The notes beneath the pieces are model-generated. The model ran no database searches. It was given only the letters and a program-made list of their open reading frames with translations, and was not told the DNA's origin. The position numbers were made by a program, and so were the translations under genes. From contig NC_135822.1 of the NCBI RefSeq assembly GCF_964213995.1, positions 68,324,001-68,388,000 of the forward strand: a DNA stretch of 64,000 nucleotides, in the 5' to 3' direction. Shown here piece after piece: positions 12,885-24,990 of the stretch (within the stretch, counting starts at the first letter, position 1; every line of letters starts with the position of its first letter). This DNA is from Mustelus asterias. Lineage: Eukaryota.

Positions 12885-13287
12885 ATATAGTCCAGCATCC
12901 CATTATCCTTTCTGACCCCTATTTGTCACCTCCAAGCCACATTTCAATTAGTAGCTCGCCCTGTTTAGATTGTGTTCCCGTATACCATTCTATTTTCAGT
13001 GTTATGCTTCACCCCGGCTTACAGGCAAAACCAAAACAGGAGAGTGTGTACGAGTCCTGTAATTAAAATTTCACTCAGTGACAGTGAAATTCAGTGGAGA
13101 CATAAAATGAGCAGTATTCTCCTGACTGGTCAAAATTAATTTGGCCTGTTCTCCCTTGAGTTCAACACAGGGGTTGAAGAGACTGATGGTCAACGGAACA
13201 TAAAATGAGAGATACGGTACCACAGTGGGGGTTTAGTAATAGAGGTACATCATCTGTGCGACAGTTATGGTTTATTAAACTGAGATG

Positions 13288-13585
13288 GCACCCATGACTC
13301 AGTGGTAGCACTTGTGTCGCTCAGCCAGAGGCTATTCATTAGGTCCCAATCCAAAAAGCTAAGTGCAAAATCTAGTCTGACATTCCAGTGCTGTTGTGCC
13401 AATATTTATTTCTGAGCTGATCATCTGATCATCACCTGGCTGTTTGAAGGATCTCACTCCACAATTTGGCTCCTATATTTCCTCATATTACAACAGTGAC
13501 AGCACCCAAAATGTAATTAATTGTCTGTCAAGTGCTTTGGGATGTCCTGAGGTTCTGAAAGGCAAAACACAAGGCATTCTTTCTT
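13288..13585 (+). mobile_element. Old Deu-type SINE (SacSINE1-like)
   Basis: CTCAGTGGTAGCACT head, CTGACATTCCAGTGC body and L2-like tail GTGCTTTGGGATGTCCTGAGG..GAAAGGC. Confidence 0.6.
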
Positions 13586-13939
13586 GTTGTGTGTGGAGCA
13601 CACTTTTTATTCGGACATCATCATTTGAGACACCTACGCATGCCTACAAAAAAAACCCCCACACATCTTCAGTTATTTCGAGCACCTCGAGATTGTAGAA
13701 GCTGCAGATTACCATCCAGTGAATACATGACAAGTCGGCTACAACAGATGGGGTGCTGTGGTGGATTTGCCCAGTGTTGTCTCACCTCTGGAACCTGGAT
13801 TCAAATCCAATCCTAACTGCCAGGATAAGAGCCTCGAGCCAAATGGGTAGGAAACTTGGATCGATTGATTTGGGGGTAGTTCCTTGCAGGACACGTTGAC
13901 TGGACAAAGAGTTGACAAGATGAGAAATGAAAAGGTTTA

Positions 13940-14237
13940 GTTTAAAGTTTATTGATTAGTGTCACAAGTAGGCTTACATGAATACTGCAACAAAGTTACT
14001 GTGAAAATCCACACTCCAGTGCCTGTTTGGGTACACTGAAGGAGAATTTAGCATGACCAATGCACCTAACCAGCACATCTTTCAGATGGTGGGAGGAAAC
14101 CGGGGCACCCGGAGGAAACCCACACAGACATGGGGAGAATGTGCAAACTCCACACAGACAGTGACCCAGGCCGGGAATCGAACCCAGGTCCCTGGCGCTG
14201 TGAGGCAGCTGTGCTAACCACTGCGCCACCTTGCCGC
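13940..14237 (-). mobile_element. V-SINE type B
   Basis: Head, V-domain and intact TCACAGTA...TACTTGTGA tail. Confidence 0.88.
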
Positions 14238-14613
14238 TCTGGCAGTTTCTGGTGTGTGAAATAAACATATTCTTAGGAGGCTGCCTCTGTTATAGGCCCA
14301 TCTGGTGTCAAAGCTTTTGGCTAAATAAGCAACAGCCACTGTGATCCCCCATCGACACAGTCCATTAAATCTTCACAAAATTCCATAGAATTGGTGAAGC
14401 GCAGCCCAACAGTTAAATATCCTGATGGCCAGACATCAGTCAATATTTCTTCAGATGTTTCATTATTCCCTTTTACAGCATCCCCTTTGTGATATTTGGT
14501 TCAGATAACTGGGGTAGGGTACTTCTTTATCACCTCTAATTATGTCCTGTTCATGCTCAGAGACAATCTCTCCCTCTATTGTCATGATTATGGTGTCTGC
14601 CTCTTCAAGACAG

Positions 14614-15077
14614 AAAGAGTTTAAACAACACCAGGTTCAAGTCCAACAGGTTTATTTGGTAGCAAATGCCATTAGCTTTCGGAGCGCTGCTCCTTCGTCA
14701 GATGGAATGGATATCTGCTCTCAAACAGGGCACAGAGACACAAAATCAAGTTACAGAATACTGATTAGAATGCAAATCTCTACAGCCAACCAGGTCTTAA
14801 AGATACAGACAATGTGAGTGGAGGGAGCATGAAGCACAGGTTAAAGAGATGTGTATTGTCTCCAGACAGGACAGCCAGTGAGATTCTGCAAGTCCAGGAG
14901 GCAAGCTGTGGGGTTTACTGATAGTGTGACATAAACCCAACATCTCGGTTTAGGCCATCCTCATGTGTGCGGAACTTGGCTATCAGTTTCTGCTCAGCAA
15001 CTCTGCACTGTCGTGTGTCGTGAAGGCCGCCTTGGAGAACGCTTACCCGAAGAGCAGAGGATGAATGCCCGTGACCG
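14614..15077 (-). mobile_element. Penelope-like element fragment (pseudo-LTR plus ORF C-terminus)
   Basis: Homologous to about 32430-32900. 11-bp TSD CTTCAAGACAG at 14603-14613 and 15078-15088. Confidence 0.88.
14669..14705 (-). ncRNA. Minimal type I hammerhead ribozyme motif
   Basis: Minus strand: CCAT CTGACGA A GGAGC AGC GCTCC GAA AGCT A ATGG. Core boxes, stems I and II, and a palindromic stem III. Confidence 0.8.
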
Positions 15078-15396
15078 CTTCAAGACAGCACAGCAGAAGA
15101 GGGTCACCTGGCTTGAGGGACCAATGTGAACCGAGAGTGAGTGTTCACCCCAGAGGTGGAGTCCTTTCTGGGGCAGAATAAATCTGGAAGCCATGTGGTA
15201 CACATGCAAGGACTGGAGCAGCTAAAGGCTGCTGCTCCAAGGCAGCCTAGGGTGGCAAATCCCTGTGTCTCTTTATCAATAAATACTTTCTGTTCCTAAT
15301 GAAGCCTGAATCGTCTTGGCAACACCTGGAGTGCCACTAGATAACACCTATTTATAATTTCTATCATAGCGATTGATTTTCTCAACTAAGCCTGGA

Positions 15397-15612
15397 AACC
15401 TGTGGAATTCCTTGCCCAGTTGAGGCTACCTCATTGAATGTTTTTAAGGCAAGGATAGCTCAATTTTTGAACAGTAAAGGAATTAAGGGTTATGGTGAGC
15501 GGGCGGGTAAGTGGAGCTGAGTGCACAAAAAGATCAGCCATGATCTTATTGAATAGCGAAGCAGGCTCGAGGGGCCAGATGGCCTACTCTTGCTCCTAGT
15601 TCTTATGTTCTT
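15397..15612 (+). mobile_element. CR1 LINE 3' terminal fragment
   Basis: GATCAGCCATGATCTTATTGAAT...GGCCTACTC..CTTATGTTCTT tail. Confidence 0.8.
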
Positions 15613-16111
15613 AACCTAAGCTTGGAGTTCACAAGGGGACACCTTGCTCCCTTCATTAAGATGGATATAGGTAATGTCAGATCTGGCTGGAAAAAAAATT
15701 AACGGCATGTTAGTGGCACACACCATTATTAATGTGTAAATTGGTGAGCAGATTCAAGAGGATTGAAAAGCATGTTGTGAGTTGTGAATCTCCAGGTTGC
15801 TTTGCACAAATGATGTCTTGCCCTTATTTTTGAGAAAAGTTGAATTTTCACATTCATTGCCCATTAAATTCATCGTAAATAGTTTAGGCTGATGATTAAG
15901 AGCTTGTCACAATAAATTAGATATTTATGCAATTTCACATCAATATTTCAGTCCCAAAAATTGAACCACTTAAACTGTTCAATCCCGTCCCCACAATTGT
16001 AATTTTTTTCCTGAAGATTGGTAGAAGAATTAATTTAAAAATTTTTAATTTTCCCTTACATTTTCTTTCTATCTCTTCCTTCTGGATCCAATCTTTTTCT
16101 ATGTTTCTGTC

Positions 16112-16300
16112 ATAGTTGAGGCCAAAATGTTGTCTGATTTTAAGAAGAAATTAGGTATGGCTCTTGAGGACTAAAGGGATCAAGGGATGTCGGGGGACGG
16201 TGGGATCACGATATTGAATTTGATGATCAGCCATGATTAAAATGAATGGTGGAGCAGGCTCGAAGGGCCGAATGGTCTACTCCTGCTTCTGGTTTTCATA
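16112..16300 (+). mobile_element. CR1 LINE 3' terminal fragment
   Basis: Same 3' UTR as the element ending at 24277. Confidence 0.75.
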
Positions 16301-17654
16301 TTTTCCTCTCTGTTTATTTACCTTTCTGTGCCTGATTTGACGCTACTTTCCTCTCCTTCATCATTGACTCTGCTTCCCACTGAGTCTCAAATCTCATCAG
16401 GATTTTATTATGTCTGTTGGGGCATTGCCCCTTAAAGGGTCGTGTGCCCTTTCAGTCAACAAAAAACTTTCAGTCAAACAAAAAATGGCCTTAAAGGGGC
16501 AGGGAAAAGTTTATCTCATGCAAGATTCCCCCCTCCAGCCAGATTTGGGCCAATGGTTCTCTGATTTGAAATTTCAACGCCAGATACTCGTAGCCCCTTC
16601 AAGGTCATTTTTTTGTTTTGTGCCACCTTTTACTGAAAGTTGCAAGCTAATAATAACACATTGAGGGCAGTGGGCATCTGGGATTTCAGTGACAACGTTT
16701 ATCCCCTTTGATAAATCTCTTAGTACTGAGGCGCCTCCTCAAGAACTACTCCACAGCCAGGCATCAGGGAATACAGGTCTTCATTCGGTCTACTCGGTCC
16801 ACACTCCAAACGTTGACTGCCCCCGCTCAGCCAGCCCACCCCACACCCCAGGTCACATGACCCATTTTCTTTAAGGGGCTATGTCCCAATATACATAACA
16901 TCCTTATGTTATGTATGTTCTATGATTTGAAATTTCAACGCTAGATACTCGTAGCTACGGGAATATTTCTAAATCACATTTAGTATCAATTTAGCCACTT
17001 AATTTGAAATATTAATAATTAAATTTTTAGCACTAACTTCCCGTTCAAAATTTACATTGATTAATTTAAAATAATTTCTTGTAAGCACAGGGATGACTTT
17101 GAATTAGCAGAAGCAGATTGATTTTGGCTTACACTTAGACAAATTTAGTGGAGTAAAGGACCATCCACAAAGCCTCCAACTGTATTTGTTGTATCTCGAG
17201 TATGGAACTGAAACACTGCCATGTTTACATCAGAAAGAAAACAGCAAAGCTGCGACAATAATTGGCCTATGCATTATAAATACTTTTCATGAAGGCTAGG
17301 CTGAAATTATGAATAAATTAAGATTATAGTGCACAATTTTTAGCAAAGCTAAAAAATCCTCATTGAATTACTCCTTCAACTTACTCATTGCTTATTTCTC
17401 TGATCTTGAATATTGCATGAGACCCGTGTTGTAATTGGGTAAAATCATTTGATACTGAGCCCACAGGCTCACACGATCCCCGGTTGATGTGGAGTTATTG
17501 GTCTCAGCTGGGTTCATGGTAGGAGTGCTACAATAGGCTAGGTGCCCTTGTAGAAAGGGAAGTAAAAGTCAGGCGGATATTCCTGCAACTGGCATTTTGT
17601 AAACAACACGGAAGTTGGAAGGGAGGCAAGTTAACAGTAACCCTGAATAGCCAA

Positions 17655-18584
17655 ACCTACACCTCTGCTTTCTCAGAAGGCCAAGGGAATTCAGCATGTC
17701 TGCCACACCTCTCACCAGTTTTTACAGGTGCACCATAGAAAGTGTCCGTTCTGGGTGTATCACAGCTTGGTATGGCTCCTGCTCACCACAGGAGCCTGCT
17801 GAGTTCCAACTTATTCAAAACTCTTGGCCATTGAGCATCATAAGTTCATGTTCCCACTTATCTTTGCTACCTCTGCATTCTGCAGCAGATCAAATTCAAA
17901 ATCATTCATACATCCCACCCTGGTCTTGGCTTGTCCATGCCGCTTCAGTCTCCTCCAACCCAACATGATAATGTCCTCACTCTTCCCTTTCGACTCAAGC
18001 CTCCTTTGCACCTCCAATTCCATCTGTTGTTAACTTGTTCAGTCTCAACCTTCAGCTTTGATCCTAATCTCATCAAGCCTCTCTCCTCTCTTCCAAAACC
18101 TCCAAAAACCATAGAAAGCATTCTTTTTGGTTGTATCGCAGCTTGGTATGGCTTCTGCTCCGACCAAGACTGCAAGAAACTACAAAATATTGTGAATGTA
18201 GCCCAGTCCATCACGCAAACCAGCCTCCCATCCATTGACTCTGTCTACACTTCACCGCAGCCTCGACAAAGCAGCCAGCATAATTAAGGACCCCACGCAC
18301 CCCGGACATTCTCTCTTCCACCTTCCTCTGTTGGGAAAAAGATACAAAAGTCTGAGGTCACCAACCGACTCAAGAACACTTTCTTCCCTGCTGCCATCAT
18401 TGAATGGGCTTTTCTTAAATTAAGTTGCTCTTTCTCTACACCCTAGCTATGACTGTAACATTACATTCTGCACTCTCTCCTTCCTTCTCTATGTACAATA
18501 TGCTTTGACTATATAGCGTGAAAAAAACAATACTTCTCATTGTATATCAAGACATGTGACAATAATAAATCAAATCGAATCAAA
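17655..18584 (+). mobile_element. Rex1/Babar LINE 3' end containing a ~325-bp insert copied from 45074-45435
   Basis: The Rex1 segment TIES...AWYG occurs twice, flanking non-Rex1 sequence at 17786-18108. Confidence 0.82.
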
Positions 18585-19544
18585 TGCTCAAGCTGTGGCC
18601 TCCTGCTTCTACGCACCTCAGCCACCTCTCATTCCTCCCATTGAAGTCAAGGATCAGAACATCATGGACCAAGTGATGCACGGACAGAATGAGTCCCCCT
18701 CGACCCTCAAATGAAGAAGAGATTCTGAAGAGTGGTATGTAACTCTGGAGACAAACTCAGGCCAAAGTCCACTATGTAAGGCGAGGAATGGCAAAGGGGA
18801 AATAAAATGTTGGAAATACATGGAGCATTGACTGAAAGTTACAGATATTACTGAGAAAGGAGAAAATAATAAATAATAACTGGACGTGCACTGGAAGACC
18901 ACATAAAAATAAGAACTTGGAGATATTTGAACTCCTGAAATTTTATTGATCTTGTGCAATAAAGAGTGACTTTAATGCCAAGAAATGTAATTTTCAATGT
19001 GTAAGCAATACATTCAATCTAATATTGTTTTACTTATGTCATCCTTATATGAGAAAGCAACAGAATCAAATCAAAGGTGAATCATGTCGCAGACAATGCT
19101 TGTGGGTAGGAGAAAGTGAGGGAGGAATCAGCTTGGCTCCAGTTGTTGTCACACTCTCAGCTGAGATAGAGATGCAGAGTCAGAACCAGAATCTGTGCTA
19201 ACTATGGTGATATACTGAGCGAGTGCTGTTTCATCAGAATTGTAGTCTTTCAAATGGGGTGCTGCATCAAGAACAGGCTTGACTATTTTGTTGGCTCAGA
19301 CGGGTACAAAAAATTCCAAGTTACCTTTGTTTTCTCCTCACATTCCAGCCAGCATTCCTCCCTCAACTCCATGGAAGCTGGTCTCCTCTTCTTGTCCCAA
19401 GCTGGTTACTGCCGGTCGGGTATGACTGTGTGGATACCAGTAGGCCTCTGGTAGCTCATCCAAAACATCCTTCTGATTCGGCGGAATTCTTCAAAAGGGG
19501 TCAGCCCTTTAGGACTGAGATGAGGAGAAATATTTTCACCCGGG

Positions 19545-19812
19545 GGTTGTGAGATGAGGAGAAACTTCTTCACTCGGGGGTTGTGATTTTGTGATTCTTT
19601 GCTATTCCATTCTCTGCTGCAGAGGACTCTGTAGGCTGAGTTGTTGAGTATATTCAAGAGTGAGATCAATATATTTCTTCAACACGAAAGGAATCGAATA
19701 TTGGGATCAGGAGAGAAACCAAAGGCTGAAGATCAGCCATGGTCTTATTGAATGATGGAATAGTTTCGAGGGTCCATTTTACCTCTTCCTGCTCCTAACC
19801 CTTCTGTCCTTA
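19545..19812 (+). mobile_element. Decayed CR1 3' fragment
   Basis: GAGATGAGGAGAAACTTCTTCACTC...GATCAGCCATGGTCTTATTGAATG. Confidence 0.6.
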
Positions 19813-20629
19813 TTCCCGAAAGACAACATGGTTGAGTTTGATTCTATCCCTTCATGATATAAACAAATCACACGAGGGTCACCAGTTAGTGATCAGGGAA
19901 ACACTTGCGGATTTTTTTCCTTCCCAAGCAAAGGAATTCTAAACCCACTTGTACTGCCGCGCTGTTGCCTCAGCGGACCCAGCACTTCACAGTCTGCAAA
20001 AGCTAAAAAAATAATGTTTTTTTTTAATACACATCAGCATCTCTGTTTTGTTCTTTGATGACAAAGTTGAACGCATCAGTCTTCATACCTTGGTGGTCAT
20101 TAGGGGCCGTCTAGTGCTCAACACCTGGTACACCTCCTGGCAGTCGCATGCTACAACTGAATTAGTTTTACTGTGACAGTGGTTACTGGCAAGCAGGAAA
20201 ATCAATTGCTTAAACTGGTGATATTCCCCAAGAGCAAGATTTCTGTCAAAGTCATCTTCTCCAGTCATTATCCAACATTCTCAGTGCGGACGACAAGCTG
20301 ACATTCCCAAGAGTCACCGTTTGTGGCTGAGGATCTTTTATTGGCCTTCCATGGACAATAAATGTTAGCTAGGAATTGAATTCTGGTAATTACAGTTCAG
20401 TTGCAAGTTCCAAACCTGGTGAGGTGATAGTCATTCCCAGACGCCCAAAATCTTTCAGGTAGGCTCCCAAAAGGGTATAAATAATGCCACTTTTTTTATC
20501 ACTGAACTATTCAAATGCCCGACCCATTGCAAAGTTGCCTGAATAATTTGCATTATTTAGAAGGATTATTGTCAGAGTTCATATTGCCAATATTAGTGGA
20601 ATAATGCATTTTATTTACTTTTTTATTTT

Positions 20630-20800
20630 ATTTTTATTAGTGTCACAAATAGGCTAACATTAACACTGCACAGGAGTTACTGTGAAAATCTATTTGTTGC
20701 CACACTCCGGTGCCTGTTCGGGTACACTGAGGGAGAATTTAACATGGCCAATGCACCTAACCGGCATGTGTTTTAGACTGTGGGAGAAAACAGGAGCAGA
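20630..20800 (-). mobile_element. V-SINE type B, 3' half
   Basis: Type B tail plus part of the V-domain. Confidence 0.75.
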
Positions 20801-21031
20801 ATATTTACAAAAGATGTAAGTAGAGAAATAAGGCATTTGTCCCAAGCCCAACCAGTCCATGCAGGTATTTAAGCTCCGACTATTCTTCTGTCTAATATTT
20901 TAATGCAGGCATATCATCAAATTAAGGTCGTCTCTGCCATCTTTTTCAACAGCATCATCAGGCCTACTGACCTGATGGGGGTTGAATATTTATGCACTGG
21001 GTTAACTTTCTTTGTGTTTGGGCAAATGATA

Positions 21032-21308
21032 AGTGCTGGAATTCTCCGGTCTTGAATGCCCTTCTGCTGCTGCCAGCGAGAACGAAGAACTTGGCGTGCA
21101 GACAAATCCGTCAGCGGGACCGGACGATCCCAGCTGCGGGTGGGGTTGGAGAATTCTAGCCGATGGGCGGAATTTTCCTGTCCCACCCACCATGGGAATC
21201 GTAGCGGTAGGGGGAGGGGGGGGGGGGGTGATGGACCATACAAAAGTCCGTTGACCTCTGGCGAGAAGTTCCGATTGTGGGGCAAGTGGGCCGGATAATC
21301 GCGCCCAA
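21032..21308. mobile_element. Two adjacent Harbinger-like MITEs
   Basis: TIR pairs GCTGGAATTCTCC/GGAGAATTCTAGC and TGGGCGGAATTTTCC/GGATAATCGCGCCCA. Confidence 0.6.
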
Positions 21309-22346
21309 TGTCTCCACTATTAATTCAGCATGTTGTGACTTTGTGCTTCAGAACTCTACAACTGTAGAATGCATTAGCAGAAGGCAGTGTTAAACCACGT
21401 GACCACTAGGTGTAGTGATGAAAACTCTTCAACTCCAGCTAATTTGTCAAGAAAGAAACTATTTTTTTTATCTTCACGGTTATCTTCTATAATTGTGAAG
21501 GTATTTCCTCCTCTAATTTTTCTCAGAAGTTTCTTCACCTGGTGCCCAGTTTTTCGATGGAGAATTGCGTGATGCTTAGCCCTAAACTTGGTGCTTGTCT
21601 GCTTGTTCTATTGTCACAGGAAATTCACAATAAAATTACAGATTTATTCTTCCATAGTATTTGCTATATCATGGATTTAATACAATCATTCCAGATTATA
21701 TAACCGTTACCCTTGATCCCCTTACCAGACTCCATCTTCCAAACTAAACTTGCTGAAAAGTGCTCATGTTCAACATCCACGATCGTCACAGCTTAGCGAA
21801 GCAGACTGACTTTGGGATCCTCATTCACGTCTTTGAGTCCCTTCATGGCGTTACCTGATCCAGCTTTGACAGCTTCCTTCAGTCACATGTCCCTGTATGC
21901 ACACTGCCCTTCTCAAACACTGATCAATCCCTTCTTCTCCTTTCCTGTCACAGCACCAGTGGCTGTCCCTCCTCAAACAGAGGTTCACAGGCTGGAATTC
22001 TTTGCCCCGGAACCCCGATCTTGTTGTCCTCTTTTAAAAGTCTTCATCAGGCACCTTTTTTATGAACTGTTGCTCCTCCAATCGCGATACCTTTTCTACT
22101 TTCCCTCAAATGCACATTCTGTATTTTTGCCTCCATTGTCCTGTAAAGTGTTTTGAAATGTCTCTGTACATGACAAGTGCTTTCATTACTGTGGTGAGTC
22201 ATGCAATGGATGACCTCGTTGTGTTAGGTGCTCTCAAAAGTATTCAATTATCCAGAGCTGAAATAACTTCATTTTGGCCACTGGGGAAAAAAAATCAGTT
22301 CTTGCAAAAAAATCAGCTTGCAAGTAGCCTTCACAGATAAGGACAC

Positions 22347-22603
22347 TGTGGCCTCTTTGGTGGGTGATCCTTTGCGGGCCAAAGGTCGAAACCAAAGAAG
22401 CATGAGCACATGAACCTGGGCCTATTGGGACTGAGATCGCACACCCCCAGGGCTGTGAGGCTGCAGTTGGAGTTTGGGCATTGTTAGGAGTAGACGTGTA
22501 AAGTGTGCTGTTCAATCCTTTGTTGTATATGGTTCTTCCCAATCAATAAATCCTCTAGTTGGTTACTTGTCCCATTGAGTTGCCGTGAGTTACTGCGGCC
22601 ACA
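22347..22603 (+). mobile_element. Solo LTR
   Basis: TGTGGCC...GGCCACA terminal inverted repeat and AATAAA at about 22545. TSD degraded (ACAC/ATAT). Confidence 0.6.
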
Positions 22604-22685
22604 ATATAGTATCATATTCAAGTAATAATTACATGGAAGGAGGAGAAACATGTGTTGAATCTGAATTGAAGGATCACCATCATAT

Positions 22686-23028
22686 ATAGAAATCATAGAA
22701 ACCCTACAGTGCAGAAGGAGGCCATTCGGCCCATCGAGTCTGCACCGACCACAATCCCACCCAGGCCCTACCCCCACATATTTTACCCGCTAATCCCTCT
22801 AACCTACACATCCCAGGACTCTAAGGGGCAATTTTTTAACCTGGCCAATCAACCTAACCCGCACATCTTTGGACTGTGGGAGGAAACCGGAGCACCCGGA
22901 GGAAACCCACGCAGACACGAGGAGAATGTGCAAACTCCACACAGACAGTGAACCGAGCCGGGAATCGAACCCGGGACCCTGGAGCTGTGAAGCAGCAGTG
23001 CTAACCACTGTGCTACCGTGCCGCCCCG
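22686..23028 (-). mobile_element. HE1-type V-SINE (CR1 tail)
   Basis: Full length, ending in a TTCTATGA tail. Confidence 0.9.
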
Positions 23029-23149
23029 GTATATCACATCTCTGTCAATGAGCTAAATTGTACAAATTATTATCATGTGAATTCCACTGTGCACACAACT
23101 GGTGATAAACTGTATTTGTCTGGGCATATTGCAGAGACATAATTTGTAC

Positions 23150-24277
23150 CATTATGTAAAGTTAAAGTGCATGGGATTGCGGGTAGTGTCTTGAGATGGA
23201 TAGGAAGCTGGTTAGAAGCCAGGAAGCAAAGACTTGGCATAAATGGGTCTTTTTCCGATTGGCAGGCAGTGACTAGTGGGATATCGCAGGGATCTATCTG
23301 TGCTAGGACCCCAACTGTTCACATTATATATTCATGATTTGGAAGAGGGAACTAAATATATTATTTCCAAATTTGTAAATGATACAAAGTTAGGTGGGAA
23401 GGTGAGATGTGAGGAGGATGCAGAGATGCTTCAGCGTGATTTGGACGGGCTGAGTGAGTGGGCATCTGTATGGCAGATACAGTATATTGTGGATAAATGT
23501 GAGGTTATCCACTTTGGTGGCAATAATAGGAAGACAGATTATTACTTGAATGGGTGTAAATTGAGAGAGGGGGATACTCAGCGAGACCTTGGTGTCCTCG
23601 TGCATCAGTTACTGAAAGTAAGTGCGCAGGTACATCAGGCAGTAAAGAAGGTAAATGGTATGTTGGCCTTCATAGTGAGAGGATTTGAATATAGGAATAG
23701 GGATGTTTTATTGCTTTTGTACAGGGCGTTGGTGAGGCCACACCTGGAGTACTGTGTGCAGTTTTGGTGTCCTTATCTGAGGAAGGATGTCCTTACTATA
23801 GAGGAAGTACAGCAAAGGTTTACCAGGCTGATTCCTGGGATGGCAGGTCTGTCATATGAGGAGAGACTAAGTTGGTTAGGATTATATTCATTGGAGTTTC
23901 GAAGAGTGAGAGGGGATATCATAGAAACTTATAAAATTCTGACAGGATTAGACAGGGTAGATTCAGAAGGAATGTTCCCTATGGTGGGGGAGTCCAAACG
24001 AGGGGTCATAGTTTGAGGATAAGGGACAAATGTTTTCGGACTGAGGATAAATTTCTTCACCCAGGGAGTGACGAAGCTGTGGAATTCACGACCACAGAAA
24101 GTTGTGTGATTTCAAGGAGAAATTAGATATAGCTCTTAGTTAAAGGGATCGAGGGATATGAGGGGGAAGGCAGGATCAGGATATTGAATTTGATGATCAA
24201 CCATGATCAAAATGAATGGTGGAGCAGGCTCAAAGGGCCGAATGGTCTACTCCTGCTTCTATTTTTTATGTTTCTAT
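23150..24277 (+). mobile_element. CR1 LINE, RT C-terminal part and 3' UTR
   Basis: ORF 23276..24016 (SVLGPQLFTLYI..SKFVNDTKLGG..LVRPHLEYC). Confidence 0.92.
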
Positions 24278-24685
24278 CCCACATAGATTCTGAGGGATAG
24301 AATATAAAGAAGTGTAAGCTTCCCCATCTCCACCTCAATTTCACCCTTACTCTTCCTGCATATTATTTTAAGTTTCTTTTCTTTAAATTTGTATCCAATT
24401 GTCTCTTATTGCTGTGGCAAAGCATACCACAAATGAAAAAAAAATATTCTTGCAGAACTCCCACACTATAAAAGTGACTGTCCTTCAAAGCTGCTTCAAT
24501 GGTTGTAAAGCACTTCAGGGTATCCTAAAGTTGTGAAAGGAGCTATGCAAATGCAAGTCTTTTTTAAAAAAATACATCACAAGAATACAATTAATCTCAC
24601 CTCCCACTTCATGCTTCCAGCAAATGGTCCTAAGCTGTTGTGTTACTGAAGGTCTGGGGATCGGATATTCATGGAGTTAGGATGA

Positions 24686-24990
24686 GGGCGGCATGGTTGC
24701 ATAGTGGTTAGCACTGCTGCCTCACAGCACCAGGCACTCGGGTTCAATCCTGGCCTCGGGTGACTATCTGTGTGGAGTTTGCACATTCTCCCCGTGTCTG
24801 TGTCGGTTTCCTCCGAGTGCTCCGGTTTCCTCCCACAGTCCAAAGATGTGCGGGTTAGGTTGATTGGCTGTGCTAAATTGCCCCTTAGTGTCAGGGGGAT
24901 TAGCAGGGATAGGGCCTGGGTGGGATTGTGGTCGGTGCAGACTTGATGGGCCAAATGGCCTCCTTCTGCACTGTAGGGATTCCATGAATC
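24686..24990 (+). mobile_element. HE1-type V-SINE (CR1 tail)
   Basis: Head, V-domain and CR1-like tail. Confidence 0.9.

Larger units (their letters stand above)
14580..15346 (+). mobile_element. Solo LTR interrupted by a Penelope insertion
   Basis: TGTCAT...ATAACA termini, AATAAA near 15278, flanks TCTAT/CCTAT (4/5). Confidence 0.55.

Noticed and set aside
17424-17611. Small solo LTR or TIR element (CCGTGTTGT/ACAACACGG)
   Set aside because: Only a 9-bp inverted repeat, with no TSD or clear poly(A) signal.
20100-21420. CTCF-like motifs near 20105 and 21402
   Set aside because: Imperfect matches that are expected by chance in 64 kb.
22990-23028. tRNA genes suggested by A/B boxes, here and at about 20 other sites
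   Set aside because: All continue into SINE bodies and none forms a complete cloverleaf.
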